Part shown: in pieces, positions 33,110 to 44,467 of the stretch
Position numbering within the stretch: the stretch's first letter is position 1
How the letters are laid out: every line of letters starts with the position of its first letter
Assembly: GCF_000760515.2 (NCBI RefSeq)
Contig: NW_013546545.1
Location: 1-46,221 of the forward strand
Source of the DNA: Mitosporidium daphniae
Lineage: Eukaryota
Reading direction: 5' to 3'
DNA: 46,221 nucleotides
Notes under the pieces: generated by a model
What the model was told of the DNA's origin: nothing
The model's input: only the letters and a program-made list of their open reading frames with translations
Database searches by the model: none
Program-made: the position numbers and the translations under genes

Positions 33110-35293
33110 TTATTGTACCATTGTAGCGGGATAAAATAGCGCGGGCGATATGGGATTCCTAACCCAAAAGCATAAATCTTGACCGTGCAGGTTTTTTGCC
33201 GTTGCAAGAAGCGATTCATCATAGATACATATGCCATAGCCGCTACCTGTGACCATGGAGAACCCATTTGAGGCAATATGTCGTTCCTGAATCGGGTTCA
33301 CCACTATAAACCCAATAGCGGAGATCATATCCTCAGAGGGAAAACTGTGGGGCCTTTTAGATTTTAACTTGCAATGCTCTCCGGCATTTTCCAACGTATC
33401 CTCCACAATTGAACTTTCCTCTGGGATGTTTTCCTCAGCTCCCAGAAAGTCATTACGCCATGAAATCGGCGGAGGTATTATCGATTCGAGCTCTGAAGCG
33501 TTCTTTGTCAGAACCTTTCCTGCATAGACAATGGAACCGAAACAGGGTCGCCCTCGTCCGCTCATCACGATTGGAGTAATTGCAATGGATGAGAATATAT
33601 GGGTCTTTGATGCATGCCGGACATGATCTTGATGCAGTATTGATTCAGACTTGAAAAGGCTTGCTTGGGATAGTGTTGTCGTTTGGATGATATGGAGAAG
33701 CAGTTCAGAAGGGGGCATGCGGACACGGCGCTTAGACGGAGGAAGCCGCGATTCAGGCCTCAGTACATATGTTTCAAAATCTCTCGCAAGGGCTTCTGAA
33801 AAAACTGGTGTACCTGGAAGGTAAAATGGAAACACCAAGTCAAGGTTTTTGGTATCTTTAGGGTTCAACAAATGAATTTGCTCGATAAGTGTTCTCCTTT
33901 CGGAAAGCCCAATTGGGATAAAGGAGTTTGTATAAATCAGCTGCCTCCACAACTCGACGCCCCGTGAGGCGGGAAGTATCAGTTGCACCCGTGTGGGTGA
34001 CTTTGGAATAATTCGAATTTCATACGATGCATCATCTTCTTTCAGTGTAAATGCAGAGTGGCACGGGGATCCATTTGAAGAAGCCCCTGAAACAAAGTTC
34101 TCTGCCACCTTTTTCTTCTTGGTGCTGTTCCGGACTGTTACTATGCCCTGCACGGGTTGAAGCTTAAAAAGTTCAGTTAGCAGAGAAAGCGATTTTGGCC
34201 CGAAAAGCTCGAATTTACAGAGCCTTCCAATAAGAGACTCGCATGTCTGAAGTAGGCTGTCTTTAATTGTACAAGATATCGAGGGATGAACCCATAAAAG
34301 ATAATCAGTCCCGGTCGCGCCTTTAGCGGATTCAACGCCCACCACACCAAGGAATTGCGTCTCTTGAAAGACAAAAAAGCAGGAAATGCAATGTCCCATC
34401 ATAGAGGCATCCTGATCCGTGTAGCGTATATGGCAGTCCTGATGGGCAACTTTCCATTTGAATGGCGTGCGTTCTGAGAGAATAGAGGCGAGGTTAACAT
34501 TTTCGGGCTGGTTTTGCAAAAGGAAGCACTCTTCATATGAGAGGTCATGTAGAGTGCTGCCAGAAAGGCCTGCCCGAATGAGCGGGCGATAAACTTTAGA
34601 ATTGCTTTGTAGGGCGATTCGGTAATTCCAAAATGTTGCCATAGCAAATCTCTTTGCATGCCAGTAATGAGTCTGTAACCAGAATGGTCGTGAAGCAATT
34701 TCTGATTTCAACGTTGAGAGAGATGCAAATGCTGCCGAGGCAAGTCTTGAATGCAAAAGAGACTTTTTGCACTTTCGTTGAGATTTACGCGAGAGTCTTG
34801 GATGAGGGGCCTTATGAGGGCTTCCGCCAAACGTGCTGCCTAGTTGACTTTGATCAATAGCTTCATTTGATGTGTTGGAATGTGGGATGGAAGCAACCAA
34901 AGCCGGTTCTGCCTTGTCGTTACGCTTCTTGATGTGCGACACATTGGCCGCAGCCTGTAAATCAGCAAAAACTAACTGCTACCTCTAGCAACGAAGCATG
35001 ACGATGCCGCCGGGGTACCCTTTTTGGGGCATGGCTTGCCGTTCTTCTCCTTAGGTGTTTTGGAAGCCTCTGAAACACCCTTTTGGAAGATGCAAGTCTA
35101 GAGTCCCGCATTGCGTTCAGCAGGGTTTCAATCTCTGCTGCTCGTGAAGCGGCAAACGAAACAGGATCGAGCAGGTCTGGAAACGTTGCCGGCTTTTCTG
35201 TCAGGGATTTTTCAATTTCCAACCGGCGTTCTAAAACAAAAAAACGCATAAAAATGCAAAGTTACTCTTCCTCTTCGATAATTCGCTGGCCAT
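33110..35293 (-). CDS. POP1: RNase P/MRP subunit Pop1 (about 706 aa)
   Basis: FQRLPKHLRRRTASH, WLQTHYWHAKRF, LHDLSY and WVHPS. Introns at 35231-35265 (first exon tentative) and 34955-34982. Confidence 0.9.
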
Positions 35294-35342
35294 GGGAATT
35301 GGGAATAAAAAATTCGCCAAGTGCAAATTATTTGATTAATCA

Positions 35343-36646
35343 ATGTCGCTCAATGTGGACTCGAACATGGACATGGACACGCCTATAGAGCCCTTGTTTG
35401 CAAGGCATTTTTGGGTAAGTGTCTCGTGCGCATGGTTGACGTTTATAGCGAAATTCGCTGCATCACCATGCAATTGCGGATTTATTATGCAAATCAAGAC
35501 ACTCCCAAAAGTCTCTTTCCACATTGAAAGCCCATTTTCATGCAAAGTTATGATGCACGAAGTGCTAAATGATTTAGGTACAAATGGATAAAAATGCAAG
35601 CCAAAAAAGAGATGCATCTTTTGGAGTGCAATGCAATCTTTGTCGAATATCCGTACGTCGATTTGGCTTACAATGTAGCAACATTCATGCCCAAGTTGAA
35701 AAATGCCACGAAACATATGCTGTGCTGATTGCTGCGCGGCAACAATTGGCGTCAAATGTCAAGCGAATGGCAATGATGCCAATGAAGGCCTTTTCATTGC
35801 GCATGAAGCAAGTGACGCAGCAGGTATGCAAATTGCCTGGCCTTTAGAATATTGTCAACATCAAAAAGTGTGCAAGTGGCACAAAAAAGCTGTCCAGTTT
35901 GGCTGCTGGGGTTAGTGAGGCCACTTTCATTACCATCTAACAATAGCTGAGGAAAAAATACGAACGTCTTGTGCAAAAGCAAGTAACCCTCTTACGCATG
36001 ACTCCAGAAGCAAAGCTCGCCGGAAAGCTAGAGGATCTTTCCAGAAACGTGCACATAATTGAAGATCAAGTGCAATCCCTCGAAAGAAAGCTCTCCTCTG
36101 CCACCAGAGCTACAGAAAGGCTGATTTTGGCGGCGTTCGATGTATGGGCATCGCCCCTCAGTGCAATGTAGGAAGTGCAGGAGGTAGAGGAAGAATTGAT
36201 GCTTCTTGCATCGCAAGTGCACATCCAGTACGCTCTTCTTCAGCAGGAGTTTTCGATGAAAGAAATTGAGGTATGGCCTGCTGATTGACAGAAAGATTTC
36301 CAAAGAAATATGCACCATATTTTCAAAGCGGAAAACAAAAGAAGATCTGCTGGCATATTGCCTTAAATATGGAAATGGAGAAAATGGCCCCGAATATAAA
36401 CGAGTCCCAAGCATCGATGTCGATTCAACAAGCCGGATCTTCCTGTCAAACTGCTCGCTTTTCTCTGATAATATCGATCCGCAATCCATTCTCGGCTCCA
36501 TTTCCAGGTATGTTCGGCAACAAAATGGCGTAGGAAGCTCCCGTTGTCTGAAGATGAAAATTCTCCGCTTCCGATCATCCAATCAATCTCGTTTGAGCAA
36601 TGAAAGTTTACAAATCTCATTAAAGGTTGTATTATTACGCACATAG
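35343..36646 (+). CDS. F-BAR domain protein (Cdc15/Hof1/PSTPIP-like), 365 aa, 7 tiny introns
   Basis: Introns at 35415-35448, 35547-35577, 35653-35678, 35824-35847, 35911-35946, 36142-36171 and 36271-36295 give one ORF. It has F-BAR-like marks FARHFW, QQLASNV..PMKAF, KKYE, FDEVQEVEEE and EDLLAYCLKYGNG. Confidence 0.7.
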
Positions 36647-36846
36647 GCTATTAATTGAATTGAATCGAGTTGAATTAACCCAAATTAAATTAAATTAAAT
36701 CAAATTAACCTGGGTCCGCAGCTTAATTATTTGCCGATGTGCGCAATTTAATTGGGGAGAGCAGATGTACTGATGATCAAATTTTGATTCAATCAATAGC
36801 GCAACATGGCCATTACCAGAAATTATTTAATTGTTTTTAAATTTCA

Positions 36847-37727
36847 ATGAGGTACTTGGAGCTTGATACTTTGAATCCAATAAACTACTTCCTCTCCCAT
36901 GTGGATACTAGCGATAGCAGCAGGGTTTACGGTCGAGTCGAGGCATATTCGTGTATGTCCATGATATCTCATTTTCCAGGTAAATTTGCTGGCCAAGACA
37001 AAAAGCTGTACAAGAAAATAAAATCAGAAGATGACATAAACTTGCGGCAGCAAAAGGTTGCCAAAACCTCACTTGCCCGATATTCGTCCTCTCGAGTCCT
37101 TTATCACTTGATCGCATGTCTCAACCAGATATTTCCAGACTATGACTTCAGGCAAGTGGCACTAGATTTTTATCTTTCCTAGTGACTTGACGATGGAAAA
37201 TTTTATCGAACAGAAAGGAGGCATGTATCCGATAATCGAGTCTGTCGATACCACTCTATTCAACGCCGGCCTTACTTCAAATATGTATCAGATGAAGGAT
37301 TTTAGTCAGCAATTTTGGGGCTGCTTAGATAAAGTCATCCACTTTAAGGATTGTCAGATTTTCTCCTACATTCCAGACGTCGATTCAGATCCCTTTGGAG
37401 AAGAACATAGGCGATGCATGTATGTCAATTATTCATTCTTCCCTATAGATGGTCCATCAATTACTTTTTTCTAAATAAAAAGCAACGGCGGATGTTATTT
37501 TTTTTTTGTAAAGCCATGCCGTAAGGGGACAAGTTTTCTTATTCTAGATCAACAGGCCCTTTGCTGTCGGAAGACGTCCAAGGCACGTCATCATACATAA
37601 GGTACCCCATTTGTACGCTAGATAACTATTCAGAGCATTGGCGCGCGATCAGATTCACGATGAATTCTACGGCCACCACCACCAACAATGCTATCAGGCG
37701 TCAAGGTCGCCCTCCCCAACCGTTTAA
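36847..37727 (+). CDS. MAF1: RNA Pol III repressor Maf1 (3' end tentative)
   Basis: MRYLE, GRVEAYSCKFAGQDKKLYK, LIACLNQIFPDYDFS, DCQIFSY.PD...DPF and WSINYFFLNKK. Introns at 36953-36979, 37152-37182 (GC-AG), 37420-37448, 37521-37547 and probably 37602-37633. Confidence 0.92.
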
Positions 37728-37782
37728 GTTAGAATGTAAATTGAAGATTTGTAAAATTAAAAAATAAATTTTATAGTTGACC

Positions 37783-38382
37783 ATGACTTCGACCATGCAT
37801 AGGAAATCAGACTCTGGGAAAAAAACATCCGATTTTGAGGAGTCCACAAACTTTGTCGCTGCATTGATGGCAGATATAACCGCAACTTGGTCGCACAATG
37901 CAATTGCAAGCTTACCATTGACCGATTACAGAGAAGCCACTTCTGCAGAATCTGCCTTGTTTAGCTTCAAGCGATTCACAGACATGCACATCGACGACGA
38001 GTCGATGCTAGAAAAGTCGAAAATCCAAAATTCATATTTCTCGTCCGCGTTGAGGCTAAAGCAACTTTATGCAAAGGTTTCTAACCAACCGGGATCAAAG
38101 TTCACGCCAGAAATAATTGCACTGATAAAGGAAATTCCATTGTTCCAATTTCCAATTGATCGTCTACAGGAAACGTATGCCCAATTTGAACAACAAAAGG
38201 CATCAACCCTACAAAAGAAGGATGATTTTGAAGACGAAATCAAGTTCCTTCGGACCAGACTCTCCCTATCCGATATGGAGTTTATCCGAACAGATGACCA
38301 ACTAGCTATTTTGGAGGCCGAAGTAGACAACTTGGAATTGGAAATTCAAAGGGCTTCACATGGTCTCAATAAAATAAGCTAG
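37783..38382 (+). CDS. Hypothetical coiled-coil protein (199 aa)
   Basis: Intact ORF with a heptad-rich C-terminus. Confidence 0.65.
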   Translation: MTSTMHRKSDSGKKTSDFEESTNFVAALMADITATWSHNAIASLPLTDYREATSAESALFSFKRFTDMHIDDESMLEKSKIQNSYFSSALRLKQLYAKVSNQPGSKFTPEIIALIKEIPLFQFPIDRLQETYAQFEQQKASTLQKKDDFEDEIKFLRTRLSLSDMEFIRTDDQLAILEAEVDNLELEIQRASHGLNKIS

Positions 38383-38404
38383 GGTTGGAATTTCTTTTTT
38401 TGAA

Positions 38405-39752
38405 ATGCAAAATTCCTTAATTAATGATTTTGGCCTCACCAAAACGGAGATCGAAAGATATGGACGCCAAATAATACTGCAAGATTTCGAAATCACGGGT
38501 GATTCCATCTCGGCTTATTTATTTAGGGCAAGCCTGCTTAAAAAAAGCATCTGTGCTGGTTGTGGGTGCTGGCGGCATTGGATCTCCATTGGCCCTTTCT
38601 CTTGTCTGTTCTGGAATCGGTATATTTGATGGCTTTTCTTTAGGAAAAATAGGCCTAGTTGATGATGATTTTGTTGAAGCAACCAATTTGCACAGACAGA
38701 CTCTTCATACAGAATCCAGAGTGGGACAAAGTAAGGTGTATTCCGCTGCCACTGCATTAAGAGAGTAATTTTGCTTGGTCTTTTCGTTAGACATCAATCG
38801 GATTGTATTATTGAGCCGATTGAAGCATGGCTCGATGTTGAAAATGTGTCCAGCCTAATTGAGGGGTAACCAGCTTTTTTGACCGTAAATAGATATGATG
38901 TTGTATGCGATGCCTCTGACAACATCCCCACTCGCTATCTTTTAAATGATGCTTGTAAGCGTGCAAAGAAGCATTTGGTTTCAGCAAGTGCGATCGGATG
39001 GGAAGGGCAGGTATGATAAAAGGCAGCTTATGATTCTCCATTAGATCATTACATTTCTTTGGTCAGAGGAAGACTCCAATGCCCCATGTTATAGATGCCT
39101 GTTTCCTACCCCGCCATCGTCTGAATTTGTGGTGAAATGCAACGACGGCGGTGTTTTGGGACCGATAACCTCCGTTATTGGTCATCTCCAAGCGCTGGAG
39201 GTCATCAATCTTCTGAGGGGCTCTCCGAATTATTGCCAAAAAATGCTCTTTTTTGATGGAAAAAAGGGATTGTCAAGGTGCATTCAATTGAGAAATAAGC
39301 GAGTTGATTGCCTTGGGTGTTCGATCCCGTTTGCGCCGTTGGTTGAACTGCCTTTGCAATCGTGCGAAATTCCCCTCGAAAATGTGGGATTTAAAGAGTT
39401 GTCTGTTTCTGCCCTGGCCGTTGGTGTGACGGGTCCCCTACTTTTACTGGACGTACGGCCCTCCCATCATTTTAAAATCGGCTATTTGCGAAGCGCTGTC
39501 AACATTCCTTCAAATGTGATTTTAAGGATGAGGTCCATTGATGAGCTGTTCATCAACATTGAAAAAGTCCTCTCAAACCTTAAGGACACTCCCCCCCTAC
39601 ATAGCATATGTGTAATGTGTCGCCGGGGGATTGACTCTATTCACGTCTCGAACCACATACTGAGGCTCTCAGATAAAGTTTCTGTATACAATCTCAAGGG
39701 AGGCCTTCTGGCCTGGTCTCGAGAGATTGATCCCAATTTCCCCATATATTAA
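38405..39752 (+). CDS. UBA4: Adenylyltransferase/sulfurtransferase Uba4/MOCS3
   Basis: [42 protein letters not shown] and rhodanese CRRGIDS. Introns at 38499-38526, 38620-38643, 38765-38790, 38866-38892 and 39011-39044. Confidence 0.94.
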
Positions 39753-39885
39753 CGTGGCCATTGGATCAATGTGGGGAGGATAAAGTTTACTTTTGCACAA
39801 GACCTTGCTTGGTACTACCGCTAAATATGCCGAATTTCTTGATATTTTTATAAATAAAAATCGCACAGGCGTTCCCACATTTCCC

Positions 39886-40993
39886 ATGGCCTTGTTGGTA
39901 GCTGGCTTCATCTCAATGGCCATTTTTTTCGTGGTGTTTTTCGTGCTGGCCTATTGCCTTCAAAGGTCTTTTATTTACATCCCCAAACTACCCAAAATTT
40001 ACCACCCCTTTCCATGCACTCCAGATAAAGCGGGATTCGCCTATGATGAGAACACGATTTTATCATACCACGTCGGAGACTCCATTGATGCACTGTCGTT
40101 TAGCAAAAGCGTGAAAATTTCGATCCAAACAAAAGATCTTGTCAACATCAAGGTCTATTGGCTCCCCTTCAATTCACTCGATGGAAACGCCTGTGAATGT
40201 CCTGAAAGCTTGCCAATCCTTATTTTTTTCCATGCCAATGCTGGCGACTATGTTAGCTTTGTTTTTTAAATACGGTAGGAGTTAAGGATTCCCATTGCGG
40301 CGAATATCGTGGGAAAGCTAAAGGTAAACGTGCTTCTTCTCTCGTACCGGGGCTACGGCGATAGTGGCGGAAGTCCCTCAGAAAAAGGGCTACTCTTAGA
40401 TGCACAGGTATGGGGCTGGGTTATTTAAGCTTCAGGCGGTATTCTCGCTTGCTAAGACAATTTCGCCGAAAGGAAACATAATTTTATATGGACAGTCGAT
40501 AGGGTCCGCAGTGGCTTTGGGATTAGCCGCCACTCTGCAACCCGATGAAATTTCGGCGATAATCATCGAAAATCCCTTTCTCTCCATATCGAAGCTTGCT
40601 CCAAGCGTACTACTGATGGACCTTGATTTCTTTGGGAAATTGATCGAAAAATTTATAATTATAGACAATTGGAATAATGAAGAGTCGTGTAGGAAGATTT
40701 CGCAAAAAGAAAAGGATGCACATCTTTTCATTCCGGTTCTAATCTTGTCCGGATATATGGACTCCATGATTTTGGGAGAGAAACATTCCAAAAGCCTGTA
40801 TTCAATCCTTTCAAAGGAGATGTTTAGTGCCATTCCTTATAGTTTCACCAACAAAGTGTCTAGCATTTGTTCTGAAGACAAGAAAAAACAATGGAGTGTC
40901 TTTGAAGATGGTAACCATAACGACACCGTATGCCAGTATGGATATTTTTATATCATTGGGGCTTTTTTAAACAAGTTTGTTTTTGAGAGGTAA
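39886..40993 (+). CDS. Alpha/beta hydrolase, Bem46/ABHD13 family
   Basis: N-terminal TM, FHANAG, SYRGYGDSGGSPSEKGLLLDAQ, GQSIG nucleophile, ENPFLSI and GNHNDT. Introns at 40252-40278 and 40408-40435. Confidence 0.88.
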
Positions 40994-41044
40994 GCAAGTA
41001 GATGTAGAAACTTTTAGTTGCACATAATGGGTTGGAATGGGGAT

Positions 41045-41104
41045 CTTTTCGCGGTAGGCCCATTTTAATAAAGCCTTTTCGCGGCAAACCCATTTTAATA
41101 AGCC
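41045..41104. repeat. Imperfect 30-bp tandem duplication
   Basis: CTTTTCGCGGtaggCCCATTTTAATAAagc followed by CTTTTCGCGGcaaaCCCATTTTAATAAgcc. Confidence 0.85.
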
Positions 41105-41323
41105 CGGTGTGTGGCATAGATATCTCTCATTTTGGGAAGGCGGAGGCATTCGATTTTCACCTTTGACCCCATGGAATGGGATGTAGCCGAAATTAAAGGC
41201 ACAAATTTGGTTGCTTTTGTGATTATCAGAAAGCCAAGCACGTAGTATGGAACAAAAATCGCGCCCAAGACACATGTGCACACTCCTTGTGCAAGCAAAA
41301 ACTTACTGTAGCAGTAATTTACC

Positions 41324-41389
41324 TGTCGTTTGGGTGTCGTTTAAGTGTCGTTTAAATGTCGTTTAAGTGTCGTTTGGGTGTCGTTTAAA
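41324..41389. repeat. Non-coding tandem array, 6 x 11 bp TGTCGTTT-RRR
   Basis: The six units end in GGG, AAG, AAA, AAG, GGG and AAA. Confidence 0.95.
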
Positions 41390-41582
41390 TCTGTTCAATT
41401 GATTTCTAGATTAATGGTTGCACATGCCCCATCAAGATGTGTGGCATGATCATCAACAAATGCCATTTGCAGCGGCGAGGGTTACCTGCCCTCAAACGGG
41501 CAATATAAACTCGAGTAAAAGCGGCCGATTTCATTGGGGCTAGGGTCAAAATAGTTAAAGATAAAAAAAAATTTAAAGCTTT

Positions 41583-42589
41583 ATGATGATGGCCCAGTCT
41601 GTAGCTTCTGGATGCAGTAAAGGTATCCCATATGTTGCGGCTTACCCTCATAGAATGCGCAGAGCCGAGCAATTATCAAAACTACCAGCAACAGGGCCAC
41701 GACGATTCAGACATTGAAGGGCCTTCACCATGGATCGAATGGTTTTTATCCCAGCCGGAGCATCGATACTTTATTGAAATAGAAGAAGAGTACATCATGG
41801 ATCGCTTTAACTTGACTGGACTGCCTGCATCTGTCCAGCACTTTCAACGTGCGTTGGACAGGATCACCTTGGATTCTGAAGAAGTTGCATCCATTTTCGA
41901 TTCTTCATCCTGTTCGGGCTCCACCTCAATCAGCAATGACGAATCGTCAGATTCACTAAGCATTGAATCGTCTGGACGTAGTACATCATTGATAACCATG
42001 AATACATCCTCCCGGTCCTGTGGCTCCGAAGAGGGCGAGGCCAATGCATCGAAAAAACGGATTCAAGGCTCGCACGAGGAATACCGCCTAAAAAAGCAGA
42101 TCCATGCGTCTTCTCTGCATTTGTATGGGCTAATTCATGCCAGGTATTTGACGACGTCAGCTGGAATGGCCAGAATGTATGCCAAGTGGAAGGATCGCGC
42201 GTTCGGCTGCTGCCCACGGGTATTTTGCCGCGGATTTGCCCTGCTTCCGGTTGGCTTGTCCGACCTCCCTGAAAAATCGTATGTTGTCCTATATTGTGGG
42301 AGCTGCGACGATATTTATCGACCGAAAAGCACGCAATTCCACCGTAAGCGCATACCCATGTGTGGTAACTATTTTAGATATTGACGGTGCTTATTTTGGC
42401 ACGTCGTTTCCGCACCTCTTTTTCCAGCAATATAAAAACTCGCGGCCTCAATCCAAACACACCGACTATTACATTCCCAAGATCTTTGGGTTTAAGCTAC
42501 ATGCGTCCACACCGATCCCATTGCCGATACCAGTAGTTGAGCCGATGCTGCCCCCAATCGAAGTAACTGAAGAAAACCATATCCATTAA
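41583..42589 (+). CDS. CKB1: Casein kinase II regulatory subunit beta
   Basis: WIEWF, YIMDRFNLTGL, LYGLIHARY, FGCCPRVFC, CGSCDDIY, IDGAYFGTSFPH and PKIFGFKLH. Introns at 41623-41653 and 42344-42377. CKB1 vs CKB2 paralog not resolved. Confidence 0.93.
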
Positions 42590-42621
42590 TTAATAAAATT
42601 GCAATTTTAATTTTTGTCAAA

Positions 42622-43095
42622 ATGGGCATTTTCGCTCATCGTCCAAGGCGGTTTTCTTCCCAACCAGCGTCGGACATGCTGCCAAAGTTTAGCAAGATAA
42701 GATTTGCAGCGCTTTTAAAGCGCTCTGACTCTGATAAGGCCGAAATCGCTGCACAGCGCGCCCACAGGCAAAGCTTTTATAAGAGACCACATGTTCCAAC
42801 ACCAATTCCCCCACACCTGGAAACTGCCGAGCAATTTCTGGGTGCCCTTGGCCGGAATTTGGTCAACCACGCGTCCAAATTTGCGTCTTGGGATGCGTTT
42901 TTCAAAACAACATCTAGTGCAATGGAAAAGCTCGGAATCGGATGCCGAGAGCGGAAATACATCTTAGCATGGCAGTATAATTTCAGGTAGGCCCTTGTGG
43001 TTATTGTTACCACAACTAGACTCGGCATAATGCCAACATATGTACCACCGTCAACTAGATCAATTAAGAAGGGATATTGGCCAGATAATAAATAA
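42622..43095 (+). CDS. FYV4: Mitochondrial small-subunit protein mS41/Fyv4 (IGR domain)
   Basis: FLGALGR...H...W..FF...S..MEKLGI..RERKYILAW..FR|LG, with a 33-nt intron at 42987-43019. Confidence 0.82.
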
Positions 43096-43192
43096 AATTC
43101 GCTTTATTTGGGCCAGTTAATACCGCAGAATGGGATCAGATCGAATGCAATGGAATCGGAAGCGCGCTTAATTAGCACCGTGGCAACGGCAG

Positions 43193-44266
43193 TTAATTCC
43201 GGGAAGGATTATTCCAGGGATACGATGCGGAGGGCGGCTGGTATTGGTCATCTCTAAATGGCGAGGTAAAAAGATTTGATGATGGAGCGGCCCCAGATCT
43301 AGCAAGTCTGACAAAGCGCTTCTGCTGCCTTCGGATCTTTTCGATCCGACTAGCCTCGCGGTTGTTTCCACAACACCAAATAGAGGACAATACCACGATG
43401 GCCAATATGAATAGCGAGCCAAATAGAATGTAATACGGGTGTAAATTCAAAAAGTACTTTCCATGGATATTATCGGAAAGAGGAGATGTGGCCGATAAAT
43501 TTGAGTTCGAATGCATGAGATCTGAAGATTTGATGAAACCCGCACAAAAGCCAGGATTCTCAAACGAACCGTCGAGCGGTAAACATTGCCCGTTTGTAAG
43601 GAACTGCCGGTTCGACGCGTTGAATATGCCCGGAAAGGCTTCGAGGAGCGAAGAGCTGGAGCAATCTTGCTGTGAGTAGCAATGGATGCGACACTTCAAA
43701 GAGGACTCTAAATCACATCCAAGCCCCTCGGCACACATCGCGCTTGAGGTGCAATACTGGTTCAGCGATCTTCTGGGAATGCAGAACCCATTGACCATGG
43801 AATATCGGCGCTCAGTTGCTTCATTGCCCACCGCCACAACAGACAGATATTCTCCATCAGATTGAGGGCTAGGATTAAAAGGGAGCTCTTTTCCGTTTTC
43901 ATCAACAAAAATTCCACAAAATTCATTAGCAGCACAATCAAGCGAGGAATGGCATGACATTGAATGACACCCATTGAGTAAAGCCTCGGAAGAGGCTTTA
44001 AGATCGCCTCGTCCACAGCCACTGGACCCATATCCGTTATATGAGGCAAACCCGAGCATTGAGAGCAGCCACATCGGCTCCTTGTCCGACACACATCTGG
44101 AAGAAATAGAATTGCATCGCATGCCATCCCCACATGTATGCGCCCTCACAAAGCGTTTACATGGACTGCCAGGCTTCGAATTGCGGACGCATTTCTTGCT
44201 TTGCATGTCGCAATGGTCCGTTATGGGGCAGTTGTGGGATGTGAGGCATCTTTTGCTATCCGACAT
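43193..44266 (-). CDS. Cys-rich single-pass membrane protein (357 aa)
   Basis: Repeated C-x-S-x-x-[DM]-C modules, one TM (YYILFGSLFILAIVVLSSIW) and a basic/Pro-rich tail. Confidence 0.75.
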   Translation of the reverse strand: MSDSKRCLTSHNCPITDHCDMQSKKCVRNSKPGSPCKRFVRAHTCGDGMRCNSISSRCVSDKEPMWLLSMLGFASYNGYGSSGCGRGDLKASSEALLNGCHSMSCHSSLDCAANEFCGIFVDENGKELPFNPSPQSDGEYLSVVAVGNEATERRYSMVNGFCIPRRSLNQYCTSSAMCAEGLGCDLESSLKCRIHCYSQQDCSSSSLLEAFPGIFNASNRQFLTNGQCLPLDGSFENPGFCAGFIKSSDLMHSNSNLSATSPLSDNIHGKYFLNLHPYYILFGSLFILAIVVLSSIWCCGNNREASRIEKIRRQQKRFVRLARSGAAPSSNLFTSPFRDDQYQPPSASYPWNNPSRN

Positions 44267-44467
44267 GGTAGATGCTGCAGATTTTAAGAAAGTTTTAATG
44301 GAAATTCATTATTTAGCTTTCGTTCCTTGGTTTGCAATCGGACCAATCATATTTCAAAGCATTTAAAAAGATTTTAAAATATTTCCAATCAAACACGTTG
44401 ATCAGTTTTGAATTTTCAGTTATTTAATGTTTAAAGATGGAAGGCCGCCTTTCCCCAAATTTACAAA

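Noticed and set aside
35703..35915. Cys-rich ORF suggesting a PHD/CXXC (Spp1-like) protein
   Set aside because: It is an off-frame reading; splicing yields a coherent F-BAR-like protein in another frame.
41324..41389. CRISPR-like array
   Set aside because: The core is 8 bp with recurring 3-nt spacers, there are no cas genes, and the context is eukaryotic.
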